This document shows, piece by piece, positions 41,669 to 55,632 of a stretch of DNA of 64,000 bases. The translations under genes were made by a program, and so were the position numbers. The stretch is from Lytechinus pictus (lineage: Eukaryota): assembly GCF_037042905.1 (NCBI RefSeq), contig NC_087253.1:16802001-16866000 (forward strand), given 5' to 3'. Every line of letters starts with the position of its first letter. The first letter of the stretch is position 1. A model generated the notes under the pieces. The model was not told where the DNA came from. It worked only from the letters and a program-made list of their open reading frames with translations, and did not search any database.

Positions 41669-42379
41669 TATATATATATATATATATATAGTGCGTCCCA
41701 GAAAAAACGAAACCGAGATTTAGCGATGATTTATCATCGATATATATATATATATATATATCAAACTTTGCACACAGTTATTGTTAATGGCGCTCCTAAA
41801 AGATTATTTTTGGCTCATGCAGCAACATTCCAATTATTCCAAATATGTTCAAAATTGTTTCTTTCAAGATGTGGATGGGGGTCTGTTGCTTCGGCATAAA
41901 TACGAGTATAATGCATTTTATATCGAATGGACTTTGATCCATAAATGGCTCTCGAATAAGCAGGGATGGAAATTTCATTGAATAACGAACGAAATGGGGA
42001 AAATTTACAACGCACATGTGTCATTAATCATTATTATTGATTTTATGTAGTATATTTAATTTTCGATTATAATCTGATGTAAGAAGACATTTCGCGATGA
42101 ACGTCAAAATGTAGTTTTAAACTCACGTTTGTACAATAACATCGTGTGCACAGACAATTTCAAAGTTGAAAATACGGTATTAAAGGGTTATTGCCACTAA
42201 TATATACATATGAGGATGCATGAAAAGGGGGCGTACCCACTGCCCCTTAAAATAATTTTACTTTTCTTCTTTCACCTTTTTTGGCTCTTTTTTCGAAAAA
42301 TCACACTTGCGGTGTCATCCCTATACATGTAGAATCATAGTGAAATTTTTTAAGCTGAACTCCAATTTCTTCTTTGTCC

Positions 42380-43205
42380 TTTCAAGTTCAAATTTATTTA
42401 TTTCACTTCCATCAAACAAAAACAAATTGTATACCATATATAAACATAAATATTTGTATCCGTTGCAAAAAAAATAATAATAATACATATGTTGAGAAAA
42501 AAACACTTAGACAATTTAGGCAACACATTGTAGGTTTTAAATATGTATACTATTTTTCAATAGAAATTAAATCAAGATTGAAATGGAGGGACCCACTAAA
42601 AAGCAATGCTTGTACAACGTGGGCCCCTCAAAAAAATAGATAACACAACAAATAACAAAATAACAAAGTACAAATACCGATATTTGTAATCAAATGAGAA
42701 AAAAAAAATGAGAGCGAAATAATACTCACAAAATAAATACGAAGTTATCAATAAATATAGTTTGATATAGGACAAAACAACCCGTCCTAAAATATATCCA
42801 CCCTCCCCCACCCCACCCCCCCCCCCAGAAAAAGAGAAGAAAAAAGGGGAGAATGCCCTGAGAAGATGGATGGGTGCTGCTGAACGTAGGTAGAACATAT
42901 GCCATCGTGGACTCAAGCAAACTGGATTCAATGATGTGTATAAAAGGAGAAAAAATATATATAAAATAACCTGGAAAGAATATAATGCACGAAAAATGTG
43001 ATTGATGCCGTGAACAAATAACCGGTAGGAAGGCGGATAAGCGGACAGGAAAGAAAGAGAAAATAGAGGAGAGGATAGACACAATAATTTATGAATCCAT
43101 GATATAATTTTTGTAAATTCGTAGATTTTTTCCTGAAGATTGTTCTTTATTTCTCCCTTTAAAAGCGTTTTCGTAAGCAGACAAGTACATCGTTTAATGA
43201 TAAAG
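42380..43205 (-). mobile_element. 3' end of a CR1-group LINE, related to 377-1135
   Basis: Same AAATGGAGGGA(T/C)CCACTAAAAAGCA hairpin block (42581-42630), AATAAA and TTGAACTTGAA tail. Confidence 0.6.
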
Positions 43206-45597
43206 AAAAAGAGTATGATGCATGTTGTATTTTGTTGATGTAGCATATTATTTTTCTATACTTTTGTACAATGTATGTTGTGTGATGTATGTTGTATATG
43301 GTTTAAAAACTGCAAAATTACATTTCATGTCTCGTTTTAATATAATGGAAATACAACAAATTCCCTGAACTTAAACGATATTACGACAATTCTCTTGTAG
43401 GAACGCACGTTCGCGAGAGACTGTAAGACGCAAATGCGGATGGCACAGGCAGAAGAAATATCCGGCATGGATTCACGATCTATCAACCCCTTAATTAATC
43501 TCGGCCTTAGCTTGTAATGTAATAATGTTATGGTGTCTCTCAAATAAGCTGAGTGGTTTTATGCCATGTCGTGTTGATTCTTATCAGTAAGAATAACGAT
43601 GTTACAAATTCCCGTTTTACGACGCGATCTTTGTATGGGTGTGAGTGCGTATTTTCAATAATGTGTTGGAATACACTATCATACCTTTCATGATTTTTTT
43701 TTTCTTGTATAGCATCAGGTCAATATAAATATTATATTGGTAAATTTTGTTGGGATATTTGATATTGATAATGTCAACGTGTAATGAAAATTTAAGATGG
43801 AATGATATTTCATTTGAAATCATTAAAAAAAAACATCGTCAGCCTCTTTCTCTTTGTTCATGTCATAATAAAAAGTTGATAACCATGCATTTGCACTATA
43901 ATTTGACTTTGTTTAATACTATATGCTCCTTTAATCCACGTGGAAACACCATGACATCATATCTATTTCCATGCATTCAGTTGTCTGTTCATATTCGTAT
44001 GTCTGATAATTTTTAGGGGATTTACCTAAAATAGACTTTAATTGTCAATTGGTGTAGAAATATTGGGACTAGAGACATATATGGTTATTATTCGATTATT
44101 CCAAACAGTACAACGAGGTCATAATTTCAAATGGACGTTGAGCCATTAGTGTACGTATAAAATTCATGATGTATTTTACATAATCACCGAACTATGCATG
44201 AATGAGATGCTTTCAAGTGACGCTTTATAGCATGCTGACGCATTCTAGTTTTATTGAAAAAAAACTCACTTTCGTGACGGGAATGAAATTAAATGATTTT
44301 CATTCATACTTTTATATTCTCAGACGAATGACAGAACTAGTTCACCTGACAAATGATGATGATTTCGAGTGGAATTTGTCCATTCGCCATCACCATAGAA
44401 AAATCGAGCTTTCTTTTTTTTCACTGGGTTTGAATTATCGAGTAATATTTTTGTTATTCTTAACACAATTATCATATAGCATGACTCCTGAAATTTCATG
44501 AACATAACTAATAGACCGGAATTCCATTTCTTTTCTCGCTTTGGAAGAATTTATAGGACAAGTTTATAATTCATATCATTATCCATTGTGCTTCCATCTG
44601 AATTAAGTCTTACGGCGAACGTTTATTGCACACGCCTCCGCTACATTATAGAATGCACTTCCTGGTATAAAATTAAATTCATAGAAATTTGTTTTCCCTT
44701 ATGATTTTAAGGTGATAATAAATTAAATAGAGGAGGACATTAACAAGAGGGAAAGGAGTGAAAAATGGGAGCTTGGTCCTAAAGTTTGCCCCTCTCTTCT
44801 TTTCATGACGTCATCTCCAGTAGCCTCCTACTTTCTCCAATATCTTAATACATAGTAAGACCCCTAGTAGGTACGACAATCTCGTCAAGTGAACGTATTC
44901 CCCTTTTTCCAATAAGTCGACGATAGGGGTAGTTGATCACGTCGGGTTCAAATGTTACTTTGACAAAACAGATCGAAATTGAAAAACAAAATGACGATTT
45001 CATTACAAGGAATCGAAAAGCTTTTATTCTAATTAAGGGGGAGGAGTTCCAGGTGATGCTTTTTTTTTACCCCTGATATTTTGTTTTCGGAAAGGGTTTG
45101 TTTCATTCACTTTCCGAGGAGCGTATTCATCAAGTAAAGTTTCAAGATTAGGGTCCGACTACTGTTCGCGTTTATTGCAAGAGAGAATAGTATACTGTTT
45201 ACGGAGTTTCCGGTCTTTTTCAGAGCAATAATCATCGTCAGGATTCGTGGGAGATTTCAAACAATTCAAATTTTTATCCTACATTCGGTACAAGTTAGCA
45301 AGATTTTATAATGAACAGACCACACACGGTGTTTCAACTAGGCCTCCACCACCTGTGATAAAAGAGAACAAAAAGCATTTTTTACATAAATCTATGGTAT
45401 TCCGTCAACATCCATTGACGTTATTAAGACACATTATAACACTGTTATTTAAAAGACAATTGGTGTTATGTTCAATGGTGTCATTTTAAAACCTGAGGGT
45501 GCGATCGTCTCACATCTACTGGTGTTGTTTTTAACACCGAAATTTTCGCAATGTATATTCAACAAGCATGCAAAATAATGGCGTGTTGCTGTAAGTC

Positions 45598-46370
45598 CAG
45601 TAAATTGAACGTGATGGACATGAGCCGTTAAAATAACATGTTACAGTGTCTTCATATCTAACGAAGATCGCAACGTTCTGCGTTAAGTGCGTTAATCTGC
45701 GTTAATCATAGTTGGTCTACAAAATTGTTCCGCTTGACATTACAATATTGTTGAGTGAACTGAATGTGTACATGGGGTTTCAACAACTATAATATCGTGT
45801 CTTCATATCTAATGGTGATCGCAACGTTCTGCAATGAGTGAGTTAATCTGCGTTTAACAATTGTTGGTCTACAAAATTGTTCCACTTTACTTTACAACAT
45901 TTTCAAGTAAACTGAACGTGTACATGGGGTTTCAACAGCTATAATATCGTGTCTTCATATCTAACGAAGATCGCAACGTTCTGCGATGAGTACGTTAATC
46001 TGTGTTTAATCATCGTATGTCTACAAAATTGTTCGGCTTTACTTTACAACATTGTTTATTAAACTGAATGTGATGTACATGGGGTTTCAACAGCTATGAT
46101 ATCGTGTCTTCATATCTAACGAAGATCGCAACGTTTTGCGATGAGTGCGTTAATCTGCGTTTTATCATCGTTGGTCTGCAAAATAGTTAAGCGATATTTT
46201 ACAACATTTATAAGTAAATTGAACGTGATGTACAAGAGGTTACAATAACTATTATAATACCGTGTCTATACATGTAACATACATCTACTATAATACTTTG
46301 TCTTCATAATGCAACGTTCTGCCTCAAGCGAGTTAATCTTGCGTTAAATCAGCGTTGGTCTACCGCATTC
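45598..46370. repeat. Tandem repeat, about 5 units of 151-158 bp
   Basis: GTGTCTTCATATCTA...GATCGCAACGTT...GTTAATCTG recurs at 45646, 45797, 45949 and 46104, with a diverged unit at 46262. Confidence 0.95.
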
Positions 46371-47099
46371 ATTATTCCACGCTACACTCTATGATATTTT
46401 TCACAATGACAACCCTATTTATTATCCAACACTAAGATATTATAAAATGGAAATAGCCAACATGAATAAGGGTCTAAAAACATGAACCAAATCAAACTCT
46501 CCAATTAGATTCTGCCCGGGCCCCTTAGAGTTTGTTACTCTCTTTGTTCAATGTATATCAAAAACATATAAAATCTAATAAAATTGCCCCTCAGTTTTGC
46601 ATAAATATACATTTACACACAGATAAAACTGCTTTTTAAGCAATTTAACCATGTGTCTTTTATCTACATACTATTTAAAATATATATCTTTACATTAATT
46701 TTTTTAATTCAATTTAAACTCGACAGAAACTATTCTATTTCAGAACCATTAATTATGTATTAGAATTTGACAACACTTCAGAGTGTTGTCACAAGGAAGT
46801 CGTTCACATTACTATTAGTGTACTTAGTAGCTTATGATCGAATGATTTTCAGCAAATTTTAAGGCTTCGACTTTCGACAATGATAAAGGGCATTACAATC
46901 GCACTAAAGCGCAGAAAACGTTCTTTTTTTGTTTTTCTTTGGCAAGATATGACCTAGATTTTGACGGGTTTTCTCCCTATTTATTTTCATTTTTTTTGAT
47001 AATATTGACCCTTTCATTTATATTCTCGTTTGTGTCCGATCTTATTTCCCCCCCCCCCCCTCAATAAACCAATATTTAAAAAAAAATTGTAAACCCATT

Positions 47100-47410
47100 G
47101 GCCCGTATTCTGAAGTCAGGTTTAAATTAAACCTGGGTTTAAAGTTGTAGTTTAAGTATGGCGAGCCAATTGTTACATAAATCACTAACAGTAGAGATAT
47201 CATACTTCAGCTCATTTGGCTCTCAAATCATTCATAATTGTCTAGGAAGTACAAAAAGATTATTGGCTTCACCATCGATGAATCAGGAAAGAGCACAGTA
47301 AACATAAGAAACATACAACTTAATAACAAATTTGATACTTTTTGCTTCCCATACTTAAACCACAACTTTAAACCTGAGTTTAACTTAAACCCGACTTCAG
47401 AATATGGGCC
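47100..47410. mobile_element. PIF/Harbinger-like MITE
   Basis: TIR of about 60 bp starting GGCCCGTATTCTGAAGTC / GACTTCAGAATATGGGCC, with a 3-bp TSD ATT. Confidence 0.88.
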
Positions 47411-48618
47411 ATTCTATTTATGATTGTGTTCTCATGTATTTCCCTCTTCAAATTGGCAGTATCGTTTCACTGAACCCATTTCCCCTTTTTAAACGCATAT
47501 ACACCTATCCCTTCCCCTCGGCCGTTTATATTATATTAATAACTTACTCTATCTTTCCATGTTTTACTCTTCCTTCAGCCCTACTTCAATAACGCCATCT
47601 TAACTGAACCATTTATATTTCCAGACTCCTACTCAAAACATTATGAATGTAACAAGGAAACCATGTAGGCCCTATTATTGACATATGTTAACTAGCCGAG
47701 AGGCTATCGCCCTTGCAAGGAAAATGCATTTACAAAATGATATTTCATACTTAAGGATACCTTTCTCGTTTATGAAATATCATACTATTAACTCTCAGAC
47801 CAAGGGCGTTAATAAACGTTAATGTACACGAGTTTGAAAGCATTTTCGTTTCAAGCAAAAGGTGAAATATCTTTTGGACGGCCTTCGTGAATTGTAATGT
47901 CGAAAATCGCAACCTTCGCAACCATTTTGTAACTTTAGGAGCGACTGAAGATTACCCCTTTCGTCAACAAATAAGGTTTACAAGTTTTATGAACGAATCA
48001 CGTGCGATTAAATAGTTTGCACGTGCATCGTTAAGGTATCCATCGCCACTCCCCTCTTCGCTGCGGAAGACATTTCCTTTCTGCCTACAATTAGATTTCA
48101 AAATTTGATTTTACCCTCGTTAAAACTGTTTTAGGCGAGGCTTGCGAATTTGATACGGCTGCGGATTCCTTTTCCGACACATTGAAGTTCAGCTTTTAAT
48201 TATTCGAGTCAGATGGCAGGTGCTGCTTCGTTCGGGAAAAAGTTAGTGCGATACTCTCGCCTAGTTTTTCCCTGCTGCTCACGCTCACCCCTTCCCTAAA
48301 AAGCAAAAATCCTGCTGCCGCCACAATGACATGTGACACCATAAGTCATCTAGAATGTTCTGCATAGGTGTGTTCTCATTGTTATGCTCTAGCAATGATC
48401 CAGGCTGCTAGGATTAATAATTTGTTTGAAAATATCCCCTTAGACTTCTCTTTTCTATTCTTCCCAGTTATGACCCCCCCCCCCCCCTTTCTATCCCTCT
48501 TTCTCACTCTTTCACTCTCTCTCTCTCTCTCTCACTCATTTTACCTCATTTTAACTTATTCACTTAATATGTCTATATGCATGATAATGTGCCTTTTTAT
48601 TATCTCTCCATCTGCGTA

Positions 48619-48865
48619 CACTGCTAAAACGCCGGTGTTAATTTAACACCAGCCTGGTATCTATATCGGTCAACACCAGAGAGGTGTTCAAGCAACACCA
48701 CTTTGGCATTTAATAGGCTAACACCAATTTGGCATTTAGGCAACGCCAATTAGTGTTAAACCAATATCGGTTTGATTCTTAATTGGTGTTGTTTGAACAC
48801 CTCTCTGGTGTGGACTGATATAGATACCAGGCTGGTGTTAAATTAACACCGGCGTTTTTACAGTG
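48619..48865. mobile_element. CACTG-terminated palindromic MITE (CMC/EnSpm-like)
   Basis: CACTGCTAAAACGCCGGTGTT...AACACCGGCGTTTTTACAGTG with a 2-bp TSD TA. Confidence 0.88.
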
Positions 48866-49058
48866 TATGTGTGTATGTGTGAGGGTGTGTATGTACGTGC
48901 GTATGTCCCTCTGTCCCTGTACAGTATCTCGCCAATACCTCACTCTTTTTTTCCTCACTCACCCACTCTCTACGACCCACACACACACAGACACACCCAC
49001 CCTCACACACGCACATCCAAGCACAGATTATATCCCTCTGCCTCCACCTTTTCTCCCA

Positions 49059-49300
49059 CACTGCAAAAACTCTGGTGTTGATTTAAAACCAGCCCGGAAT
49101 CTATATATGTCCACACAAGAGAAGAGTTAAAGAACACCAGTTTCGTTTCGGTCTAACACCAGATAGGTGTTTGTACAACACCAATTAGTATTAAAACAAC
49201 ATCGGTTTGATTCCAAACTGGTGTTGTTTCGATACTTCTCTGGTGTTGACATATATAGATTCCGGGCTGGTGTTAAATCAACACCGGAGTTTTTGCAGTC
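49059..49300. mobile_element. CACTG-terminated palindromic MITE
   Basis: CACTGCAAAAACTCTGGTGTTGATTTAA...TTAAATCAACACCGGAGTTTTTGCAGT with a 2-bp TSD CA. Confidence 0.85.
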
Positions 49301-50174
49301 CAACTTCTCTATCTCTTGTCATTCATTATTTTTCCTTGCCCTTTTCTGTCACTTTATTTTACGTCACAATCAACCACTTGCTATCAATATCAAAACATAT
49401 TCATATACGTTGTTTTATTTAATTTTTTGCTAAAAATGATAATGTTAATATTTCTCCCTCCATAAAAAGGGATTTTTTTACCCAACAAGACCCGAGATCG
49501 AAAACGACCTACGCGCATTAACAAAGCCCAATTAATTACGATATTAGAGCATGGGTCTCAATACTAAGTTGGGAAATACAGTTGCCGTTAATAGCTATTT
49601 AATTATCTATGCCTGGGCCTATTCAAATTATCTTAAAAGGTGCATTTCATTTTTATGAAAGTCAAGGTCAAATCAATAACATGTTCCGGTTGACCCTACA
49701 TGTACTAAATTAGAATTATTCGAACACTGAGTCGGGTTTACGACCATCGTTTACCGTTTTTTCAGGGTTTTTTTTTTCATTTAAAATTTCTCATAATCGA
49801 AAATGCGATTACGCAAAAAAAATGGCATTAGCTGATCGAGGGTTATTTTCCCTGGTTATCAACAATCAATCAATAATTGATCACGATTCTTTCGAAAATG
49901 AATTGATATTTTCTCCTCACTACTCCAAATATTTTTTCAAAACTATTTTTGAGAGAGTGTGATCACTTTTTTTAATAAAACCACACCTTATTTGAAAATC
50001 GATAGAAATTCATTTTCAATTTAAAAATTCAAAAGACTTCTTAAATGCGGGAAATGAAAGCTCATCTCAAAATTGCATTTTTTTTTTAAAATTAAAAAAA
50101 TTAAAAGACCTCTTAAAATCCGGAATTAAGAACTCATCACAAAATCGCATACAAGGGCAGATTGAATTAAGATA

Positions 50175-50225
<51 letters not shown>

Positions 50226-51297
50226 CATTATTGATATCACTAATAAATGACATTATATCCAATGACCACATCATGTTAAAGCATACTTGGAGATAGGATG
50301 GGAGAGAGTTTTTTGCACAACAATGTAAAAATAATCAATAGAATTAAGGAAACTGGAATAGGTTATAACCCCAAAACAGTTTTCAATTCCTATACTTTTA
50401 AAATTAATTACATTAATAATATGTAACAGATATTATTCTATAGAATATCGTTTCGGTCTCCAGATAGAATAGAAAGCAATATGATAGGGTCTATAATTCT
50501 TGTCAAATGGTTATCATTTTCAGAAAGTTTTTTTTTATTAATTTCTTTCGGCACTGTATCGAATTGATTGGTATATTATTGATTATCGTTCGCCGAATAA
50601 AAGCTGAGTATAATCACGTGATGAACCAATTCCATTTTACCGCGTGATCAGTCATGTGAAGGGATGCATACGCCTATCATTTACAAAAAGGGCCGCGTGC
50701 TTTGCTTAACATAAAGAGACCGCCCCCAAATTACAAGATAATTAACGAAATTTAAAAAAACTGTTAAAGTGCAGGTGATATTTCATAGAAAAGTTACCTT
50801 GTCGTCATTTGAGTTATACAAAAGTTTTTAAAACAAATAGAGGAAATAGAGGAGCAAGTTTCCAAATGTTTGTATTATGAATTTTCTTTAAAAAATATTT
50901 ATCTTTGTACTATTTCCTTATAATCATGTTACTGATTCTCAGTTATCCTACGAATAATAATAGATTAATAATTACGTTATTTAGTGGTAATGAATAAATA
51001 ATAAATTTAACTTAAACGTGAATATTCCATTTTGATGTTGTGACTTGCGAGGACCTCTCACATATTTCGTGTAATATGAATCGCATAAATTACTTTTCAA
51101 TGGCTCATGATAATATATCTTTCGTTTATAGAAGCTTCTATGATTTTTTTTTGGGAGAGGGGGGGTCTGATTTGGCCTATATCTTGAATTTAAATGATTT
51201 AACCAGAATGCTTTGGTAAGATCATTTAAGATTTTCTGCGAAAATGACAATGCGCGTTTCTGTATATTCGTTTTACAAAGTTCTTCGTCGAAATCCT

Positions 51298-51344
<47 letters not shown>

Positions 51345-51903
51345 ATCCATCCCTAATCTTGCACCGATTTGAATGTAACAACCAATATTTGACATCCATT
51401 GCTCTTCAAAAACAACGCATCTGATTGGTTGATAGTGGTTAAGATGAATGATTTGGGCGTGCAACAATGAGTTTGATTTGCCTTGTATCGGAAATATTGT
51501 AGCTATTTGTGCATCTGGGTTCCCCTGCTTTGCCGGCGTTTTGAAGGGGGCTTTCAACGGTTGGTTCATCTGACAGATGCTTGCAAATATTCTTCCTTAA
51601 ACACGGGTTAATAGGAAGATATCCACGTTCGAAATGTGTTTCTGTTTAAGGCAGGGGTAGTACCATGGTAGGGAACGCAGACATCCTAAATGTGACGTCA
51701 TCAATTTTCTTCTCTCCATTGAAGAACATTGGCAATATGACATTACACGATCTAGATCTCTCCTTTATACTATTCTTTCTGTATTACATTTTTATACTCT
51801 TCCATCTTCTTGCGAACTTGTCTTCCTCTATGTTCTCAACATTATGTTAATGTTATCCGATTATGCAATAACGTCAATTCTCCTTCACCACAACATGACA
51901 CAC

Positions 51904-52141
51904 CACAACAAAACTGTGGTGTTAACCGGTGTACATAGAGGACCACACCAGTTATTTTACACCGGTGTTGAATTGGTGGTGTTAGTTTTACACCTATAGG
52001 TGTCATTACAACACCTTTGGTTATTACATTTACACGCTTTGGTGTTATTTTTAATCTCTATGGTGTAATTTTAACACCTCGGGGTGTGGTCCTCTATTAA
52101 CACCAACTGGTGTCAGTTTTAACACCGCAGTTTTTACAGTG
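51904..52141 (-). mobile_element. CACTG/CACAG MITE, inverted copy of 61121-61358
   Basis: Closely matches the reverse complement of 61121-61358 over its whole length. Confidence 0.88.
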
Positions 52142-52459
52142 AAGAAAGGGTCAAGTGGCCCATAACACAAAGCTTAACAATCATCGTAGAACATTTTTTA
52201 CGATTGATTCCACTGACTACAATGTTCAATCAATCTTAAACATCAAGGGTACGTTAATCGCTAACCTATGGGTAACGCGTCCCAGATTTGCGATTAAAAT
52301 TGTGCGTCTTACAAGGAGTTGCGATAGATTCAAAATCAAACTCAAATTGCGATTGATCTAAAAGTCCCATCTCATAGCTAAATGAATCTATATCTATCAC
52401 AAGTGAATAATTAGCGAGTTTTCGCTTCCCTGACGTAAGACGGGCTCAAGGACACAGCA

Positions 52460-52660
52460 AATGCCCGTCAAATGACAATGTACAGCTGGGAGGTCTTTGC
52501 CGAAAACTGTTAAACCGGAACACAAGTTTCCTCCTAAGATTCGGAGCTGACGAAACATTGAAAATCTGTCATTTGTCCAGAGCCCAGAACGAAATGGCTG
52601 TTTTGATTCGCCGATTGTCGACAAAGACTTCTTGGTTGATCTTTGTCATGAAGGGCAATA
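52460..52660 (+). mobile_element. Dispersed repeat of the 22880 family
   Basis: Shares internal blocks with 22918-23102 and 61375-61570. Confidence 0.7.
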
Positions 52661-53970
52661 CATTTTCTATGTTGGTGAAAGCGTTCTGTCTCGCAGTTGC
52701 AAAAATTCTCTTTCGACTCCGTGTTAAGTCCTCAGTTAATACCAATCTTCCTGGATGCTGATTACGTGGTCAATTTGGTGACAGTTTGAAAAACCACTCC
52801 CCCGCAATCCGAAAACGTTAATCTATTTTTGGATTATTTCGCGCGACTCCACTCTCAAATCGTCTGTTATTTTAGAAAATCTCCACTTGACCCTATTGTT
52901 TTGCTATTAACGTGTATTCAAGGCTACACCTTCCAAAGCGACGGAAACATCCGAATTACCCGAGTTCATATTTACTCGCCTCTGTGCATCGGAGAAATCT
53001 AAATTTGCATTATTTGCTTTTAGAGTGCTAAATAGCCACGTTGGTATTAAACATGTGTATACCCTTTTTGAAATGAATGTAGCCCTTATGAATGACTGGA
53101 TACGAGGGATTCCATTCAAATAGATTAAAATCTAGATTGGTATTCAAAATACATATCTAATTAGTTGAGGTACTTGCACATACGATATACGACAATCCGT
53201 TATTCTGATAAGATTGTATCTATAAAAACTAGTTAATATGAGCTTTGCATCAGGAGAGAATCAACCAACTTCCAACTGCAAATATCAAATAACTAACTAG
53301 GAATTGGTGAAATGTTAGAAAGCATTTTCTTACAAAATCTTATTTTTGTGCTCATTGTTTATTACTCTGTTGTCTGAAAATTAACGAAAAGGCGAAGCTA
53401 GTAAGTGACAAAACTATCATCTTTAATATTCCGTGTCAGTAAAACACAAACCAACCAATTCTTCAAAGACAAAGAAAGCCATTGGCGATATTTTTGTTAT
53501 GTTGAATATACAGTGCAATGATCAAGCAAAGAAAAACGTATTTTTGTGGCAAATAGAGTCACCCTCATATTAAGGTCATTGCTTTCTATATAACCTGTAG
53601 TCGAAACCCAAGATATGAATTGAAATAGGTATAAAAAACAATACGGTTTCTATAAGCTATGAACGACTGAAAGCTTGGAGTGCCGGGATGGTCTTGTCAG
53701 TAGGTCCACCTTTGTAATTAAGCACTACGTCATAGGAATCAATGCCAACAAGCCGAAACGATTTTCTTTATTTTCTTCTTCAGATAAAGTGATTTTCATG
53801 ATTCGGTCGAGAGGTACCGTGACTTGATTGGCCCTGACATGTTGAATATTGCAACTGCATTATAATGCACTCTCCATGTTCGTGCAAAAATAAAAGAAAA
53901 GATTGGGAGATCATTCAAGAAACAACATTTGCCCAAGCAATTTAAATTTTTCGAGGGATGAATCTCGTAC

Positions 53971-54077
53971 GCTACAGTCCCACATCCGAAACCGATTCCA
54001 AACCAACCCATGGCAATGTCATTGATAATGACGTAATAGGTGTAGTCGGTCTGAAGTCGGTTCCGTTGGTATGACTG
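53971..54077. mobile_element. Short (~105 bp) hairpin repeat; related copies near 12431, 14426, 25265, 38347 and 59678
   Basis: CAGTC...GAAACCGATTCCAAACC...GGTCTGAAGTCGGTTCCG...GACTG, approximately the reverse complement of 38347-38452. Confidence 0.75.
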
Positions 54078-54621
54078 TTCTTATTATGAGACTCGTGCAC
54101 ATTCGTGGAAGTAACTTGAGCTTGAACCAAAACGTCAAGAACATGCGAAGATGCGAATGAGGAAGAAATTGAGAGAGGGGGAGAGGACGGGCTCGGAGAG
54201 GAAGATGAGAAGGAATATGGGAAGGGTGGCGGAAATATGCTCAAGAAGGTAAAATGGGAGTCAGAATGAAAGAAAGCTAAGCTAAGTAAAACGGGGTTAA
54301 AGAAAGAAATAGAAGGAGGGAGGTGACTGAGATGTACGATAAAAGGGGAGAATGGGGAAGACACCAGGCTGAAGGAAGAGAATGGAAAATGTCAGGCGAA
54401 ATAGGAAGAAGGGGAAGAACTTGAAGAAGGGACACTCGAAGAGAAAGAAGGGTGGATAGTGAAAGCGAAAGAGGGAAAAGTTAAGAAATGGGAAGAGGAT
54501 GATAATACACTGCACCAACGCTGATGTTGATTTAACACCAGCCCGGTATCTATATCGGAAAACACCAGGTAAGTGTTAACCGATGTTGTTTTAACACTGA
54601 AAAGTGATCTTTAAATGCCTA

Positions 54622-54817
54622 CACTCTGAAAATGTTTGGGCAACATACTGTCCACAAAACCATTGGTGAAAAAAATTATCCAACTCGGGTATTTTTCAAC
54701 CAATACTGTGAAGTTTTCACCCAAAGCACATATCATATGTTTAAAACTACCCAGAATTGGATAAAGTTTTAACCAATTGTTGTGTGGACAGTATATTGCC
54801 CAACATTTTGAAGAGTG
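54622..54817. mobile_element. CACTC-terminated MITE
   Basis: CACTCTGAAAATGTTTGGGCAACATACTGTCCACA / TGTGGACAGTATATTGCCCAACATTTTGAAGAGTG, TSD TA. Confidence 0.85.
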
Positions 54818-55342
54818 TATAAAACAGCCGATTCGGTAAGGGGAAGAGTTCAAAATTGTTAAATAAAGTTTGGAGCTATAAATCAACTTACAATTTGAAT
54901 GCAGTTTGGGTAACCTCAGACGTGATGTTGGTTTTGTTCTACAATTCTCTTAAAATGTGGCAATCAAGAGTGTTAGTGTACGAAGGAAGTACAAAACGAA
55001 TGAGATCACACAGGTGGCTGTGGTTAGGACATGAGATAGCTGGTATGAACGTACCCCTACTCACCTATCTAAAAAAAATAATAAGAATACGAAGAAGTGG
55101 AGTACAAAGGAAATTGCGAGCACGGCGGAACAGGATGGAAACAAAGAGAAAGACAAGATTTACGACTTTCAATATATTTCTCATTTCGCCACCTTTCTTT
55201 TGACACATGATAACATTCATTCTCTTGGACTGTATGGGGCGAGACTTGTTCAAGAATGTTTCTTGGTCGAGAAGTGTCAGATCAGATTACAGTCTAATCG
55301 GCGGCTCAAAGAGGACCATTTTTCACGGTGATGTACGATTTT

Positions 55343-55609
55343 GGGCGCGTCGTGGTCTAGTGGTTCTGACCCTCGCCTTTTAAACAGAGGGTCATGGGTT
55401 CGAATAATAGCCATGGCGTTTTCCTTCGGCAAGAAATTTATCCACACTGTGCTGCACTCGACCCAGGTGAGGTAAATGGGTACCGGCAGGAATAAATCCT
55501 CAAAAAGCTGTGCGCACCATAATCGGTAGACTAGCTTAGCCGGGGTAATATAGGAGCGCCTTGAGCACCTAGCAAGGTGGATACGTGCGCAATACAAATC
55601 CTATATTAT
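55343..55609 (+). mobile_element. tRNA-derived SINE
   Basis: A box TGGTCTAGTGG (55353-55363), B box GGTTCGAAT (55397-55405), core GCTGCACTCGACCCAGGTGAGGTAAATGGGTACC and an L2-like tail. Confidence 0.92.
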
Positions 55610-55632
55610 CTTATAAAGATGTAAAGTAACTT

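Noticed and set aside
42596-43246. Longest ORF (216 aa) as a membrane protein
   Set aside because: It is a read-through of a pyrimidine-rich LINE 3' UTR; the F/L/I bias is compositional.
45598-46370. CRISPR-like periodic array
   Set aside because: The entire unit is repeated and there are no variable spacers.
55343-55415. tRNA gene
   Set aside because: A and B boxes run into a SINE core and tail, with no proper acceptor stem; two related copies occur in the window.
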